Notes under the pieces: model-generated | Told to the model about the DNA's origin: nothing | The model's database searches: none | Seen by the model: the letters and a program-made list of their open reading frames with translations, nothing else | Part shown: one piece after another, positions 16,375-35,499 of the stretch | How the letters are laid out: every line of letters starts with the position of its first letter | Numbering within the stretch: position 1 is the stretch's first letter | Made by a program: the position numbers and the translations under genes | Source of the DNA: Piromyces finnis finn | Lineage: Eukaryota; Fungi; Neocallimastigomycota | Direction: 5' to 3' | DNA length: 64,000 bases | Assembly (NCBI GenBank): GCA_002104945.1 | Contig: MCFH01000017.1 | Span: 124,001 to 188,000 of the forward strand

Positions 16375-19300
16375 TTAGTTCAAAACAATGGAACCCAGGG
16401 TAGCGGCTTCATTATAATTGTTGTTATTATTATTATTATTACTGTTGTTGTTGCCGCCGTTGTTGCCGTTGTTGTTATCAGGATTACTATCATTTTCATT
16501 GCCTCCATGATCATTCTTGGATAAATTGTCGTTTGTAAGGTTTACACCAACAGGAGTAGAGGAGGAATTTATCATGGTGGAGGTGGTGTTGGTATTTTTC
16601 ACTGAGAAACATAAATTTCGGAGAATATCAATGTATTGGTTATTGTACGGGAAAAAGTTAAGGAAATGGGTAAGTGAATTGATCCATTTACTATTATTAA
16701 CAATTAAAGATTCCCCAAAGGTAGGATAAAAGAATAATGAGGAAAATAAAAGAATGGCAAGTCTAAAGGATTCATCTCCTGAATGTTCTCGAGTACCATA
16801 ATAGATTAATTGATCGACAAGATAGTGATATTTAAAGTAGAGATTAGAGGTATTCACCATGGCATTATTGCTATTGCTGTGATCTTTAAGAGTACTACTC
16901 TTGCTAACTTCAATGTATCGATCAATTTCGCGTAATAATCGTATAATTCTACATTCAAGAACGTTATAGGCTGATTTTTGGACAGAGGAGGATTGGAAAT
17001 CAATAATGTTTCCAAAACTCATTTTTAATACGATCCATACCTTTTCGGTTGGTCGCTTTTTATTATAGATGGTTAAATGCTCTTGTAAATACTTGTCTCT
17101 TCGAATGGAATTAATGTCTCGCATAATGGAATCAATTCTTGGAATAATCTTGAGATTACATACACCACCGCCTGGAATAACATAAACAATGGTTTGATTA
17201 TTGGTACTGGTCTTATTACCATTCGTTTTTGCATTACTGCTAGAATCAACCACTCGGGTTAAATCATGAATAAGATCTTGACTGTCTTCTTCTGCTTGCA
17301 ATTCTTTATCCTTATCACGATTAACGCTAAAGGTTAGGGATTCTTTAGAGAAGAGGGAGGACATGGAGGTGTTCATCGAGGTGTTGGAGGTACTGTCGTT
17401 GATCGATACAATTTCAACGTCAAAGTAAATGGAATCGTTCATAACAATAAATTCTAAATCGTCTACAAATAGATTATGAACGGTGATAATGTTGGAGGTC
17501 ACGGGCTTCATGTTGACATTCCAGGTTTCTTCTTCATTCTTGTTTTGTTGTAGGGCTGGTGCTGTTGTGGCTACCATGCCATCAATAAAACCATAGGAAG
17601 CATTCGCGTTAGATTTCCCTGAATTGATTGGTGAAGAGTTGGCTTCCTTTTTGAAGATCTTGCCCTTAAAGGTAAATTCCTTGATTGGAATATCAATTTG
17701 TGGCATACGTATCGTAGCTTTAAGTGGAATGGTTAATTGATAATCCTTGACTAAGCGACAATTAATATAGATTTCGGCTTCTTCTTTCACAGCAAGGTTC
17801 GATTCTTCTAGGGTTAAAGACTTTTTCACTGGTGCATCCTCTGGTAGATCAGGTCTGAAACGTATGTATACACGAACACTACTTAAGGGTTGAATGGTTA
17901 AAACAGAATACAGTTTCACCGAGGTACGAGATAAGGAGAAAATAACTTCAAAGGAATTATTTTGACTTAAATTAGATTTAATGGTAAATTCAAGAGGGAC
18001 ATTTTCTCTATTAAAGATAACTAAACTTCTTGCTGTGGATTCACGTCCATAGAATAGATTGTCCAATTGGAAACTTGTACTTTCGGCATCCATACCGTTC
18101 AAGTAGACATCAAATACCCTATTACTTTGAACCAGGGCTAAATTGGTTGTTTCTAGTGTTAGGGGTTGATTATTTTGGAACATTTGTAAAGAGGAGGTGG
18201 CTGAGCTAGGATTAATAACACGTTGAAGATTATGTTTTGCGACGATTTCAACATAGACTTTGATGATTTTAAAATCTAATGGATTGTACAAGTTTCGTAT
18301 AATAATATAGGTGGAGTAAACACCACGAACCGCTGAATTAATGTTAATGGTAATGGAATGGGATTCTCGACGAATGGAACTGTTACCATTTAGTCCTGAT
18401 GCTGGTCCGCCAGAAGAGGTTCTAGGGAAATCTAAGACACCTTCATAACGACTTAATATGATCCAACTTTTATCGAGATGATCACAAACGGTAGAAATCT
18501 TATAGGATACTTGTTCAAACGATATGTTTTCCAAAGTAATCTTTTTACTAATTCTTGAAGAACCTAAATCTTGTTGACCAAAGTTTAAAAGATAGAATCG
18601 TTTGACTTCCTTACCAGTAATGGCATCGGTAACCTTTTGACATCCTCTTACCATCATATGGGAATTGTATTTACGAACAGATTCATTGATTTCTTTATTC
18701 ATACCATTAATATTTCCATAGGAATGAGGAATGGTATTACTGATAATTGATCGATCACCAATGGATTGCATAGATGAAACAGAAATGATATCCGATAGCC
18801 ATGTATCATCCTCTTCATCAATATTTGTATTGGAAACTAGATCCTCTTCATTACCATAGATATTTGTAGTCACAGTACTTTTGTTGTCGATATTTTCTTC
18901 AATTTCTTCTAATTCTTCATGGTTATTGTTGTTACTGTTGTTGCTGTTACTGAGGATGTTATTGTTGTTGTTATTATTACTGTTACTGCTGCTTAAAAGT
19001 ACACTAATACTCTCTGTAGTAGGAATATCACCATGAATAGATAATTTTCGTTCATTCATTTCTTCTGATATACTCGTTATCTTCTTATGTTTAAAACCGT
19101 TTCCTTCTTCTGGAGATTGTTGACTAATTTCAATATACTCTTCTTCTTCTTCTTCATCTATATCTATTAAATCATTGACTTCTTCTGGTACAATAACATT
19201 GCTACTCTCTTCAATGATTCCTATATAAACATTTATTGGAGTCTTGCTCAACGAATTAACATCATAGATATGAATTTTGACATCCTCTGAGACCCCTTGA

Positions 19301-22300
19301 ATATTTGATTTAAGCATTTCAATGGTAATAGGTAATCTTCCATTTGGTTCCACAATACCACACATGTTTTCATCGAGTGGACTGAGCTTAAGGACATCCT
19401 TTCTAGACATCAATTCAATTGGGTATTCAATATCAACCTTAAAGTTAAGTGGGAAAACTTTAGATAAATTCGTTATTACAAAGGTTTCGGTTTGAATACG
19501 CATATCCATCTTTTTAATATTCATTGCTTGCTTCTTTTTATTTTGAATGGTGGATACGACATCTTCTTCTGCATCATTTTCGTTATCAGAAAGTTCACTA
19601 TCGGAATAGACATAGCTTCTAAATTCAATACGGTTGTTGGAAATGGAAAAGGTTGGTCCTTCAATAATCTTTCCTTTTAACGGTACACCATCAAGAATTT
19701 GACGATTATTAGGATCATTCAAGATATCCTTATTCTTATCAATAATTTTCTTTAATTGATCAATTAAATAACGATTAGTACTCAAGTATAGTTCATTTTC
19801 AGAGATTTCATTTGTACGACTAATGAGTTTACTCTTTTCATCGGTTGTATTTTCAAGTGGGACATTCTTGCTCTCTTGTTCCTCGACACTTGATAAATTG
19901 GTGTTGGAAAGAGCTGAAATACCTGAGGATTGGTAGGGGAATTCTTTTAATGTTTGATGGGTAATAATCCATAATTTACCAAAGGTAATGCCATCAACAT
20001 TAACAATATTCTTACATTTTTCATTATCTAACTTGGAATCTTCACGGGAATAGGCACGAACCTTAATTTCAATTGAATTATGAGCTGCCAAGGTTAAGGT
20101 TCCGATAACCGGTGAATTTGAAAAACGAGATAATACTTCTATATTAACTAAACTGGCAATTTCATGGGCTAACTTGAAACCTAATTCAAATTTTACATCA
20201 TGATCACTCGTATTCAAAATTGTAAACCAATTATCACATGGTAAGACTTCGGCATTATAAGGATGATATAATGGTGGTAAGAAAAGTTCACCCTTATTCA
20301 AACGTTCATAACGTAATTCAAATTCGGTTAATTCCATCAAGAGCTTTACATTCATGGTATTTTCACTATTGAATTTATTAACAACCTTAATATAATATGT
20401 TCTAAATTCTGCTTTAAAGTCTGGAATATTATGAGGTTTCACCTTGGCTTCAATAACGGCCGATGAAAAGGATGAAATAATCAAATTATTTCCGATTGTT
20501 TCTTTTCTATTGATTAACTCTACGAATTCTGGAAGAATTAATTTTACACATAATGGGGCTACTGAATCATTTTTCAATTCAAAGGATAATGGGACATCAC
20601 GCCATAAATTGGTATGACCAATCTTTCCTATATCAATTTCGGTTTCATTGATATGACCCATAGACATATTGTAATAGGCATTAAGATTAAAAGCCATCAC
20701 ATCCATTTTCAGTTTCTTATCAAATAAAAGAAGAGAACCGCTTAAATCAATACTCTTACCGCTGGTCAAGGCATTTATTTCTTCATTTGATGATAAACGA
20801 GTTGGATTAGGTGCAGATATATATAGATGAACCTTTTGTCCTGGTATTAATTTTATTTCTGGACCACAGTTATTCCAACCATCATCTTTTTGTTGATCTT
20901 CATTCTTTGATGCCTCATCGTGATCATTTTTGTAATAATAGGTATTTAACAATGGATTATACCATTTTATTTGAAGGTCTAGATCTGATCGGGGAACTAA
21001 AACCATCTCATCAAATGAGGTATTTTCAACCAATATGGATTGTTCGTAAATGCCGGCCTCTTCCGAGGGATCATTCTTTTGAAGGTAGGGATAAAGGGCT
21101 CCTTCTTCATTTTTCATAATATTAACATAGACATTATTCCAAAGAATGGTTTGACAGTTTTGAACCTCCTTACTATTTTCTTTATCCACCAAGGTAGGCA
21201 TTAGTTGTGGTAGAGATTTTGACTTTTTATTACTCGTGGTATCACCCTCTGGTACTGTGGTGAATATTTCTTTTTTAGGACTAATTCTATTAATCTTCAA
21301 GTAGTTCTTATTTACAAAGAGACGAATATTAATCTTTGAAACCTGTAAGGCATTATTGACATTTTTCACAACAATATATTCATTGATGAAACCATAGCTC
21401 TTTGGACAGAATCTAAACTTGACCTTTTTCTTATCCTTTGTTGTTAACTTTGATTCCTCAGATTCCGTTGTATTGGATGGTTCTATGATACCTTTTCTTT
21501 CTTCAACAATAATATTATCGCTGGAACACTCAATTTCATATTCAAGAGGAAGAGAGGGTACCAAATTGGTAATATAGAAACTACTATTAAATTCTTGACC
21601 AATTTTTTTACAAAAACCAAAGTTTATCAAGGATTCTGACAACATTAATAAGGATTGACCGATAAACGTGGTAAATTTAACAGTTTGAATTAAGAGTTGG
21701 AACAACTCATCATCATTCTCCTTTTCCTTAATATTAATAGAAAATCTTAAACCACCAATTAAGGTTCTACACAAACTTAAAGAATCTTCCATAATAGTAT
21801 TATCTTCATCTGTCTTATTAATGAGACGATTTATGCCAAGGTTAGGTTGTAAAGCGATGTAAACAACAATTGTTTCACCCTTTTTTATTAAAATATTTTG
21901 AGCCGGTTGCTCTAAACTTTCATTCGTAAATATTAAACATTGTTGAGAAAGATTAGAGGTACAATTAAGGTAGAGATCCTTTTCATAAATATTCTTAACA
22001 TGAAATGGTGTTACTTTAGAGTATTTGTTGGTATAATCTACAAAACAATTTTTCATGTCAAATAAAGCATTCTTGTCCAAATCAGGGAAGGCTAAATAGG
22101 ATTCATTTCTACCGTAAAATTTGAAGGTAACCTTTTTATTTTCACTCTTGTCACTGTCCTCTTTAACAAATATGGTGGCTTCATTTCTTCCATGTTTAAA
22201 TGGTATTAAGGTTAAATCAATTCTTTTGGTTTCATGGCCGTTAATTTCACCAGTAAAAGCGTCCAATTCAAAAATAGAGTCTGTAGGACTATCACTGGAA

Positions 22301-25300
22301 GTTATTTTTTTATCCTTTATCTCTTCTGTAAGGAATAATTTACTATTTCCTTTAGATATGATATATTTGATTGGTTGATCCGAATTATTGGTGAGGGTAA
22401 AGTAGCAATCTTTTTCATCGTTTATTTCAATTTTTCCTAAATCAATAGAGGTCACCTCTACGGCTAAAGTATTAACTACTTCTATAATAGGTTCTGGTTC
22501 TGCAACCAAACATTCCGTAGTTTCTTTAGCACCACTCAAGTATGGCATTGGTGGTAATTTATTATCTTCTGATGGATGAATATCTATGGATTGATTCTTG
22601 ATCATACTACTTTCAGAAATAACAGAAGTTTTATTATTCTCCATAGAATCAATACTATCCTTCGAAATGTTCTGACTGGATTGATTGATATTTAATTGAC
22701 GTTGAAGGCTTGAATCGTTAATTTCTTTAAGATCTTTTTTCAATACTTCGGTTAAGTATAAACTCTTGTCGAAATAAAGATTTGCGGTGAAGGGTAATTT
22801 CTTCAATGTATCATTATTTCTATGTTCAATAATCATAAAGTTACCGGTAATTTCTTCAATAGTACCTTTTGGAATAAGATCAAGTCTTTCATGAAATTCA
22901 GATTTCAATTTTGGGAATATTTTAATGGTAATGTTTTTTATTTCTTGTGGTTCAATTGGGAATATAAATGAAGTTTTTGTTCTTTTATACTTTGAAATAG
23001 CACTTGTTGAGGTACTTGAAGCTATAGATCCTTTGACTTGAACAGAATTCGTAGCTTTTTTTGCTGTACCCTTACCATCATTTTCACTTTCACCTTCTTC
23101 CGTTTTAACCTCTGGTTCCTTTTTTTGTTCTTCGTTTTCTACCTTTTCATCATATTTATTTTCTTCTTTTTTACCACTTTTTAATCGTTCAATCTTTATT
23201 TGCATTTTCTTTACTTTATCCTTTCTACCCTTTCGCTTTGCAATTTTTAACTTTTGTTCTAGATGTTCAAGCTCTTCTTCCATTTCCTTGGTAAGAATAA
23301 CAGGTTTGTTTCTTTTGTCTAATCTATCTGTTTCGTATAATTCATCTTCATCTTCAAATTCAAATTCTAATTTATAATTTTGTGATTTTACATCCTCTGG
23401 TTCAATGTAACATATTTCAAGATAACGTCTTTGTTTATTACAAGTACTTTTAATAATAACATTTTGGATGTTGAAACAAAGCTCGTTAATAACACAATTG
23501 CCAAAATCTAACTTTGAGGTTTCCAACGAGAAATTTGAAGTCTTCTTAATATTTGCTTTAACCGATAAAATTTGATTATTTTCCCGATCATTAATATTTT
23601 CAACAATTAACTTTTCATGGAATTGACCATGTAAACTTGGTTCAAAAACAAAGGAAACCTCCCTAGTACTATAACCACTAACAATACCCATTCTTCCTTT
23701 ATTGAAAACTAAATCACTAGAAGCAATAGAGCCAGATTTTTTAATATTATAAAGAAGACTTGCTTCTGAACGATTATGAATGATAATAGTTTTGGTTTTT
23801 GAATCACCCTTTGATAGCATACCAAAATTAATATTCTTTTGACCTAAATCCATCACTGAACGACATAAAGAAAATCTTATCATGAGTTCTCTAACAGGTA
23901 TATTTTTTGTATCGGCCTTCAATAAGGTTTCAAATTGAGGTCTTGGAATTTCTCTATCAAAATTTTCTAATTTAATAAATATCTTTGCATCTTGCTTTCT
24001 TGGTTTACGTTGAATAAACGGCTTATTCTGACTGGATGGTATATATATTAATATAATTCTTTTCTCTGATTGTGATGGTATTTCGATGGTTTGAACAGGA
24101 TTTAAATAATTTGAATTTAATATATAGTCTAATTCATTTCTTAATACTATTCGGGATTGAACAAATTCAGCTTCCATGGATAATTTTGGTAATACTGGGG
24201 TTAAATTATAATTATTCGATTCATATTGATTAATTAAATTGTTAAACCTTGTCCTTATGTCATCTGATATATATTCATTAGAATCATTTATATTTGAATG
24301 CTTTGATGAGTTGTTATGATTTCCATAATTTTGTTCATTTCCTGAAAATTCATTATCATAAGTAGAATGGGGATCCTTGCTATCATCAATTTTTGAATTT
24401 ACTTTTAAAAGAAAAATAAAAAATAATTAAAAAATATTTTTATACAATTTTTATATTATGATATTTATTATTTATAATATTGGAATTATTTTCATATTTT
24501 TCAAGATACGAGCAAACTCTTTAATTTTTACTAAATTATTAAAAAGATATATACAGATAAATTTATTGATTAGCTACTTACAGTTTAATGAAGATATTGT
24601 TCTGTTATGACGGTTATAATGATGGTTATTTAATTTTTCATTAATACGCTCTATTTCACTTCCACTATCTGTTGTATCCTTTAATGAATGGATTTTTTCT
24701 AAAATTTTATTAGATTTTTTACTTCCTACTACAAAGAAATCATCATAGTCTTTTAACTTGTTTCTATTTTTCTTTACTTTCTTTGATCTTTTGGATTGAC
24801 CTACTGGTAAATAATCACTTTTTGAAACCTTTAATTCTGTTAGATTCTTAAACGACAAAGAATCCATATTTGATTTTGATTTATTTCTAGAACCAGATCT
24901 TGATCTTGATTTTGATTTTGATGAATGTCTATTCTTTCTCATAACATCTCGTTCATATGATTCCAATGAGGTAATACTTAAGCTTCGTGCTGACGAAGTG
25001 GATGAGGTGGAAGAACATTGTCTATTGTGATGTTTATGATTCTTGGATGAAGATTTTATAATTTTTTTATTAGACTTACTATGTGGATTAGTATCATCAT
25101 TACCGCTTTTATTATCGTCTGTTCCTCCATTAATTAAATCTGTAGTATGAATTAGGGATAAGCTATTGCCATTGATGGAGTTATTCATAGCACTAAGGTT
25201 ATTCGGATTACTACTGCTGGGACTAAGTGTATTGGGTAGTGTCGCTAAATCAAGATAATCATTTCTGGAAAATAAAGGTGAATCTTCTGAATATTTACCT

Positions 25301-28092
25301 TTGTAAAACAATTCATTATGTTGACGATCATTTGGGGTGATGCGTATTGATTTAGATTGTAATTTATGAATACCTCTTCGTTTATCTGCCATATTCTCTA
25401 AAATTTTCTTTCTTCGTTCGGTGGTGATGACCGCTTCTGTTTTATGTTGGGTCATTTTCATTATTTCTTTATTTTCAGTGTAAATACCAATTTCGCTCAA
25501 AGAAGCTGTTAATTGTAAGGTCAATGGCTTTTTTGAGATATTACTTATACTAAATGTACGAATAGCAGGTGAATTTAAAATGACATCACCTAAATCAATA
25601 AAATTGGTTGAATTGGAAGTAATAATTCTATAGAATAATGAATGAAAAGTAACACCATGTTTATCGATATTTGTAGATTGAATTTCGATATTTTGATTAT
25701 TACTTTTATTTAAATGGTTCACTACAGTGATTTGTTTTCGATAGTCAGGATTTACTTTTCGGGGGTATATATCTATTTTTACTTCCAAGGATTGTCGTGG
25801 TGGGATTTCATACGGTCCTCGAATACAATTTAATACTTTTGATATGAAACGAGGTTCTACCTTTGCTGAAAGGTCAGAACGATTATAAATTTTAATAGGA
25901 AGTGATCTTAACGTACCAACATTTGTATCTCCAAAGTTTACAACCTTTGGAAGAACTTCAATAAAGGATGTACAACTTCTAGCTCTACAAGTAATTTTTT
26001 TCTTTTCTTTTTGTTGCATTTTAGAAGAAGAATAATGAATAATAATTTTAAAGGTTTCCTTTGTTAAACGACCTGCACTATAATTTGCTGTTAATTCTTT
26101 TTGTTCTGGACGATAATAAACCAAAACAGTTTTTTCATTTCTTGGTTTTAAAATAATGTCTTCGGTTTGCATATAATCATTACTCTTTTCACCTTCATCA
26201 TTCTCATTATACAAATCCTTATCATATATTGAACTTAACGTTGTTCGTCTTTCCTCATTAATTTTTTCAGTCCATTTTACATAATCCAGTACATTAGATT
26301 GACTTCTTTTTTCGCTTCTTATTAAGGAAGTATTATTTGAATTGTTATTACCATCTATCACTGGAGAAGACACTCTTGAATTTATTTCGCTGGGTTGAAG
26401 AGAGTATTCATTCATACTTTGGTTGGTGTATAAACCTAATCCGGTTACATTAATAGAATTGGTACTACTATTATCCATATAATTTGTTGTTATTGTTGGT
26501 GATACTATGGTGGATGACATAGGTGAGTTTGGTATATCGTTACTTAAATTGGAAAACTTATTTAGCTCACTTAATGTCGATCGACTACTTAAAAAGGAAT
26601 CCTCTCTTGAAGGAGGAGGATAAGGTTTAACAGAAAAATTTTCTTTGTTTTCACTGTTCATATCATCAATTTTTATTTTAAATTTAACATCAGCGTCTAC
26701 ACCTTGGAAGTTAATATCTAATGGAACATCGGAAACATTACGTAAGATGATTTGTTGTTTAGTCCATACACCAGCACAACAATCACCAAAATCAAGAATA
26801 TTGCCACTACTAACAACGAGGGATTCTTCACGTTTGACAGCTCTTACAACAGAGGTAATTTTAGTTTCTTCGACATTATTCATATCGTTTGCATTTTCAA
26901 TTTGAAAATCGTAAGAAAATTCACCGATTTCCTGTGGACGGAATTTAACACGAATTCTTAAATGGGCAAAGGCTGAAAGTGGTTTACAATCCAATTCTTC
27001 ACCAGTATCATAATTATAGAATGTTAACCAATTAACATGACTATTACCCAGTGTATCTGTAATGTTCATAATCCAGTATAAATCAATTTCTGATCTATTC
27101 CAGAGAGTAAAATCTTTAAAATAAGTTCCACCTAGAACACAGTCATCAAAAGAAATACCAGTTTCACCTATATCAATCCATAAAACAGACTTACAAACTT
27201 TTGATCTAAATTTTAAAGTTATTTGTTGATCTGAGGGTATATTAGATGTTACATTATTGATCTCTTCTAATAATGATTCATTGTTGTTGATATCACCGTC
27301 TGTTGTATTATTATTTTCATTTTCTGTGATATTTCCACTATTAATTGAAATTTCTTCTATATTTGAATCCTTGTTTTTATCAGCTATAGTTATTGGTAAA
27401 TCAATATGTTGTTTTTGTAATATGGTGTCCAATCTATAGGCTATAAAAAATAATAATCCATTAATTTCAAAAAAATTGTAATTGGCATCCTCATCGTTAT
27501 ATGTGTTTAAAAAAGCGTCACTTCCATCATTTTTTAAAATATCCATATTTTGCATATTTATTTTTTCTTTATTTTCTGGTAAAAATTCTACAATAACAGG
27601 TACTGTTTGACCTGGTTCAATTTGAACTTCATCAATTTGACCTACATAATTAAAAAGTTGATTAAATTGTTTATTATACACTGCATTGGCCGTAGTATGA
27701 TTCATATTATTTAAAAGTGAGGTTGAGTAGGTACTTTCTTTTATTTTTAATTCATAGTTATGCCCTATTGATTCATTATCAGAATAGCTATTTATTGGTG
27801 AAAAAAGAGATATATTTGAACCGTAGGGTTCTGGTGTACTATTACTCTGATCATTTAAAACACTATTTAAAAATTCATTTTCATTCTCCAAATTATCATT
27901 ATTTAATTGAAAAGAAATTTGATTTCCTAAATTTGAACGTAGCTTTACTAAAATTGGATATGGTGCAATATTTTTAATATTTATTCTTTTCAATGCATGT
28001 AAATCATTCAAATAAACATTTTCTAATATAAATTTTGTATTTACATCTACCAATTCAATCAATGATTGTTCTGAGTTTTCTGCTGTTGCCAT
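16375..28092 (-). CDS. Giant uncharacterised protein (~3,845 aa) with tandem ASH/PapD(MSP)-like Ig-fold repeats; 2 exons
   Basis: Exon 1 28092-24582 and exon 2 24401-16375; intron 24581-24402 (GTAAGT...AAAG) is phase-1 consistent and joins the 1172-aa and 2600-aa ORFs (11,538 nt, divisible by 3). At least 11 repeats of a (D/N)(F/L)G-x10-15-hxhxN motif, e.g. ILDFGDCCAG..IILRNVS, VVNFGDTNVG..IKIYNRS, NINFGMLSKG..IIIHNRS, LLNFGQQDLG..ITLENIS. Confidence 0.85.
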
Positions 28093-30226
28093 ATTTTGAA
28101 TATTATAGTTTTAAATTAAACGAAACCGACTTTTTATATAAATAAAGTAAATAAATAATAGATTATAATATATCAAAGGCTATTTTATTATATTATAATT
28201 AATATAAAATAAGTCAATTAATTTTCTATATATTATAATGAATATAAAAAAATATGTATATATATAAGAGATGGTTGATATGTTGAACTATTTAAATATA
28301 AATAATTAAATATTCTACAATGATATTATCAATGAATTTTTCATTTGATTGCCATAACAGAATTTAATTTATAAAAGTACAATAATCAACTAGTACTTAT
28401 TTTTAATTTGAATTATTTTTTTTTATTTTCTAAATTAGCATTTTGCTTTACTTTATTTATTGTTTTATGTTTTTTTTTTGTATTTATTATTATTGTTGTT
28501 ATTTAACACGCTTAACATCCCAACTTTTTTTGAATTGAATAAAATTTAATTTATATATATACATTATTTGTAACAAATTCTTTTATATATATATACTATA
28601 GATGGATAATCCTTTTTATATTGAATTTTTATTTTGAATTATAATTCATCTACATCCACTCAAAAAATTATCTGTGTTTATTAATACTAGGTTTTTTTTT
28701 TTTTTTTTTTACTGTTTGAGAATAAAAATCTATAATTGAATCAATTACTTATTAATTAAAGATGAAAAAAAAAAAGGATGAAATTTGATTTACCTTTTAC
28801 TAATTAATAATGTAAATATAAAAAAAAAAAGTTTGATTTTCCCGTTTCTGTAAAATTTATTACTGTTTTCTTTTCTTACTTTAATAAATATAATGATATT
28901 ATATTTAATAAACTAAAAAATCGTATCCTTACTAAAATAAAATAAATAAAATTAAATATTTTTAATTTATCATTCTGAATTTTTTTTTTTTTTTTTTATT
29001 TTTTTATTTTTTTTTCTTAGTATTTATTATTTTAAAATATAATAATCGTTGATTGATTTTGTTTGTTTTTTTTTTTGTTTTTTTTTTTGTTTTTTTGTTT
29101 TTTACTTTTCTCTTTGTTTAAATGTTTTAAATATTTTGTATTTATTCTATCTTTAAATCTTTTTGTTAAAATTATATAAATTTAAAAAGAAATTTATTTA
29201 AAAAATATATAAATTTAAATGTAATATTTCTTTATTGTAAAAAATAAAAAATATTATATTCTATATATTTTTTATTAATAATCTCTAATGAAAAAAAAAA
29301 AAAGTAAATCGGTTGATGAATTGGTTTTTATTATTATTCTTTATCTTTTTTTTTTTTTTTCTGCCTTGAATGGCCTAGGTAAAAGAAAAAAAAATATTTA
29401 TTATTATTATATTTTATTATAATTTTTCCCTAAAAAACATGTGTAATAAAAAAAAAAAAAAAAAAAAAACCAAACTTTTTTCCAATAAATTTTTAATTAA
29501 TTCTTGAAATTTTTTTTAATTAAAAAAAAACATTTACATTATAATACATTAAGCAATAATGTAGCAAGAATGTATACATTAATGGTGATAAAAGATAACA
29601 GATAATAATTAATAAAAAAAAGACCCATTTAAGAATTCTTAAGATTATTACTATTCTTTTATAGTATTACTATAATAATTTTATGATATTTTGTGTTGTA
29701 TTGCACATTTCTTTTTTATCTAAATAATTAATTGCCTTGATAGAAATCATGTTAAAAAAAAAATCCTTTTATCACTATCATTAAATAAAAAAAAAAGAAT
29801 TCCTTTTTTTTCCCTTACTTCATTGTCCCTAACGATTTTCTTGGGTAAAAGGTCAAAATTAGATAATAAATACATTATGTATACATTATGTAGGAATAAG
29901 GAAATGACTTAACAAAGAAAAAAAAGATGTCACATGAATAACTTCTTATCCTTTGTTCATATATTATCAATTAATTTATTGCAATATATTGATGTATATT
30001 CCATTATAAAATAAATCAAAAATTATATTCGTTTTAAATATATTACAATATATTGAATTTATATTAATTAAATTCATATTTCCATTAAATTTAAATTAAA
30101 TTTTATTAGTAAAAATGAGGAAATGATTGTGTCATTATTTATTTGTTATTCATTTATTCCAAAAAAAATTTTAACAAATAATATTAATTAAAAAAAATTT
30201 TAATACTAATTTTTAAAAAAGTATCC

Positions 30227-30257
<31 letters not shown>

Positions 30258-31057
30258 GTTTTTTTTTGTTTTTTTTTTTTTTAATCGATTTTATAATAAA
30301 AAAAAAAAAAAGATTGTTCATTGAACCAATTTATTCATGGGAATGGGAACATTCCTTTATTTTATTATTATAAAAAAATAGCAACATTATATTTGTAAAT
30401 ATTAGCTTTTTTTAAATTATTAATAAAAAAAAAACATATAGCAACAAATTATTCTTTTATTATCAAATTTTAAAAATTGAGATTATAACGAAAAAAAAAA
30501 AAAAAAAAAGCTTATTACTATTTATTACCTATAAAAGCTTAACATTCATTATTATCGATAACATCTTGAAAATCTTGAACATATAAAAAAGAAGTCTATA
30601 TTGTTTTTTATTTAAAATATCAAACATTTTAATAATCAAAATTATAATCAAGTTACATCAAAATTCTGTTGAAAGACAATCATTGCTTTAAATCGATTTA
30701 AAATTAAATATATATAAAAAGTACTTTTTTTTTATTATTATTATTTATTAAAAGAAAGAATATATATAATTTTTACTATAATTATTAAATATAACCGATA
30801 ATTTCTATTCAATTCTTTAAAATTCAATTTTTTAATATCAAAAGGTTTTTTTTTATTTCAATTAAAAAATAATTATCAAAAAAATTTCAATGCTATATTC
30901 AAACAATCACAATATAAATAGAAACTAAGTAGTAGTATTTAAGCCAAAATTTAAAAAAAATAAAGGAAATTCAAAAAAAAATATAATTATAAAAAAAAAA
31001 AAAAATCAATTTCCTTCGTCAATCCATAATTATTATTTTTTAAAAATAAGAAATACA

Positions 31058-34678
<3,621 letters not shown>

Positions 34679-35461
34679 TACCGAAATCAAAACCAAAATC
34701 AAATAATAATATTAAAAAAAGAAACTTTTCCCTCTCAATTTCATATTTCAAACGATAATTAATTTATGAATGCGTTGTATTCGATATACATATTTTCTAT
34801 CCTAATCAATGTCAACACACACACACGCATACACATTATAACCTATATATGGGAATGATAAAAAAGTTTTTAAAAAAAAAAATTTTTTTTTTTTTTTTAC
34901 TATTATTTAACTTGATTTTATCGTTTTTTCTTTTTAGAAAAAAAAAATAAAAATAAAAAAATTATAATATTTTAAAGTGAAATTTTTAATCTATAATTTG
35001 TATAAAAGAAACCAACCAGTCTATCTCATAACCATCATATTAATAATAATAAATAAATATATATATATATATATATAAAAGAAAAGAATTATAAAATTTA
35101 AATTATATTATCGAATATTATCTAATTTATTTGTTTTTTTTTTTTTTTTTTTTTTTTTTATATAGAATCCAATTGGTATATTAAAGGTTATTATGAACTA
35201 GGGTTAAAATGGTTGATGAATTGATTTCCTTTTTTAAAAAAAAAATTCTTTTTAAATGTTATATATTTACACTATTATAAATGAATTTGTTATTAGAAAT
35301 AGGGAAGATGATATATATATGAAATCAATAGTTAACTCTCTATTTTATTATTCTATTGGTTTGTTTCCAACAAAGTAAAAATAGGTATTATGGATGTGCC
35401 CGATAAAACTTTTAGTTAATATTGATAGTAATTTGTATGTCGGGCCAATATGAGTAAACAA

Positions 35462-35499
<38 letters not shown>

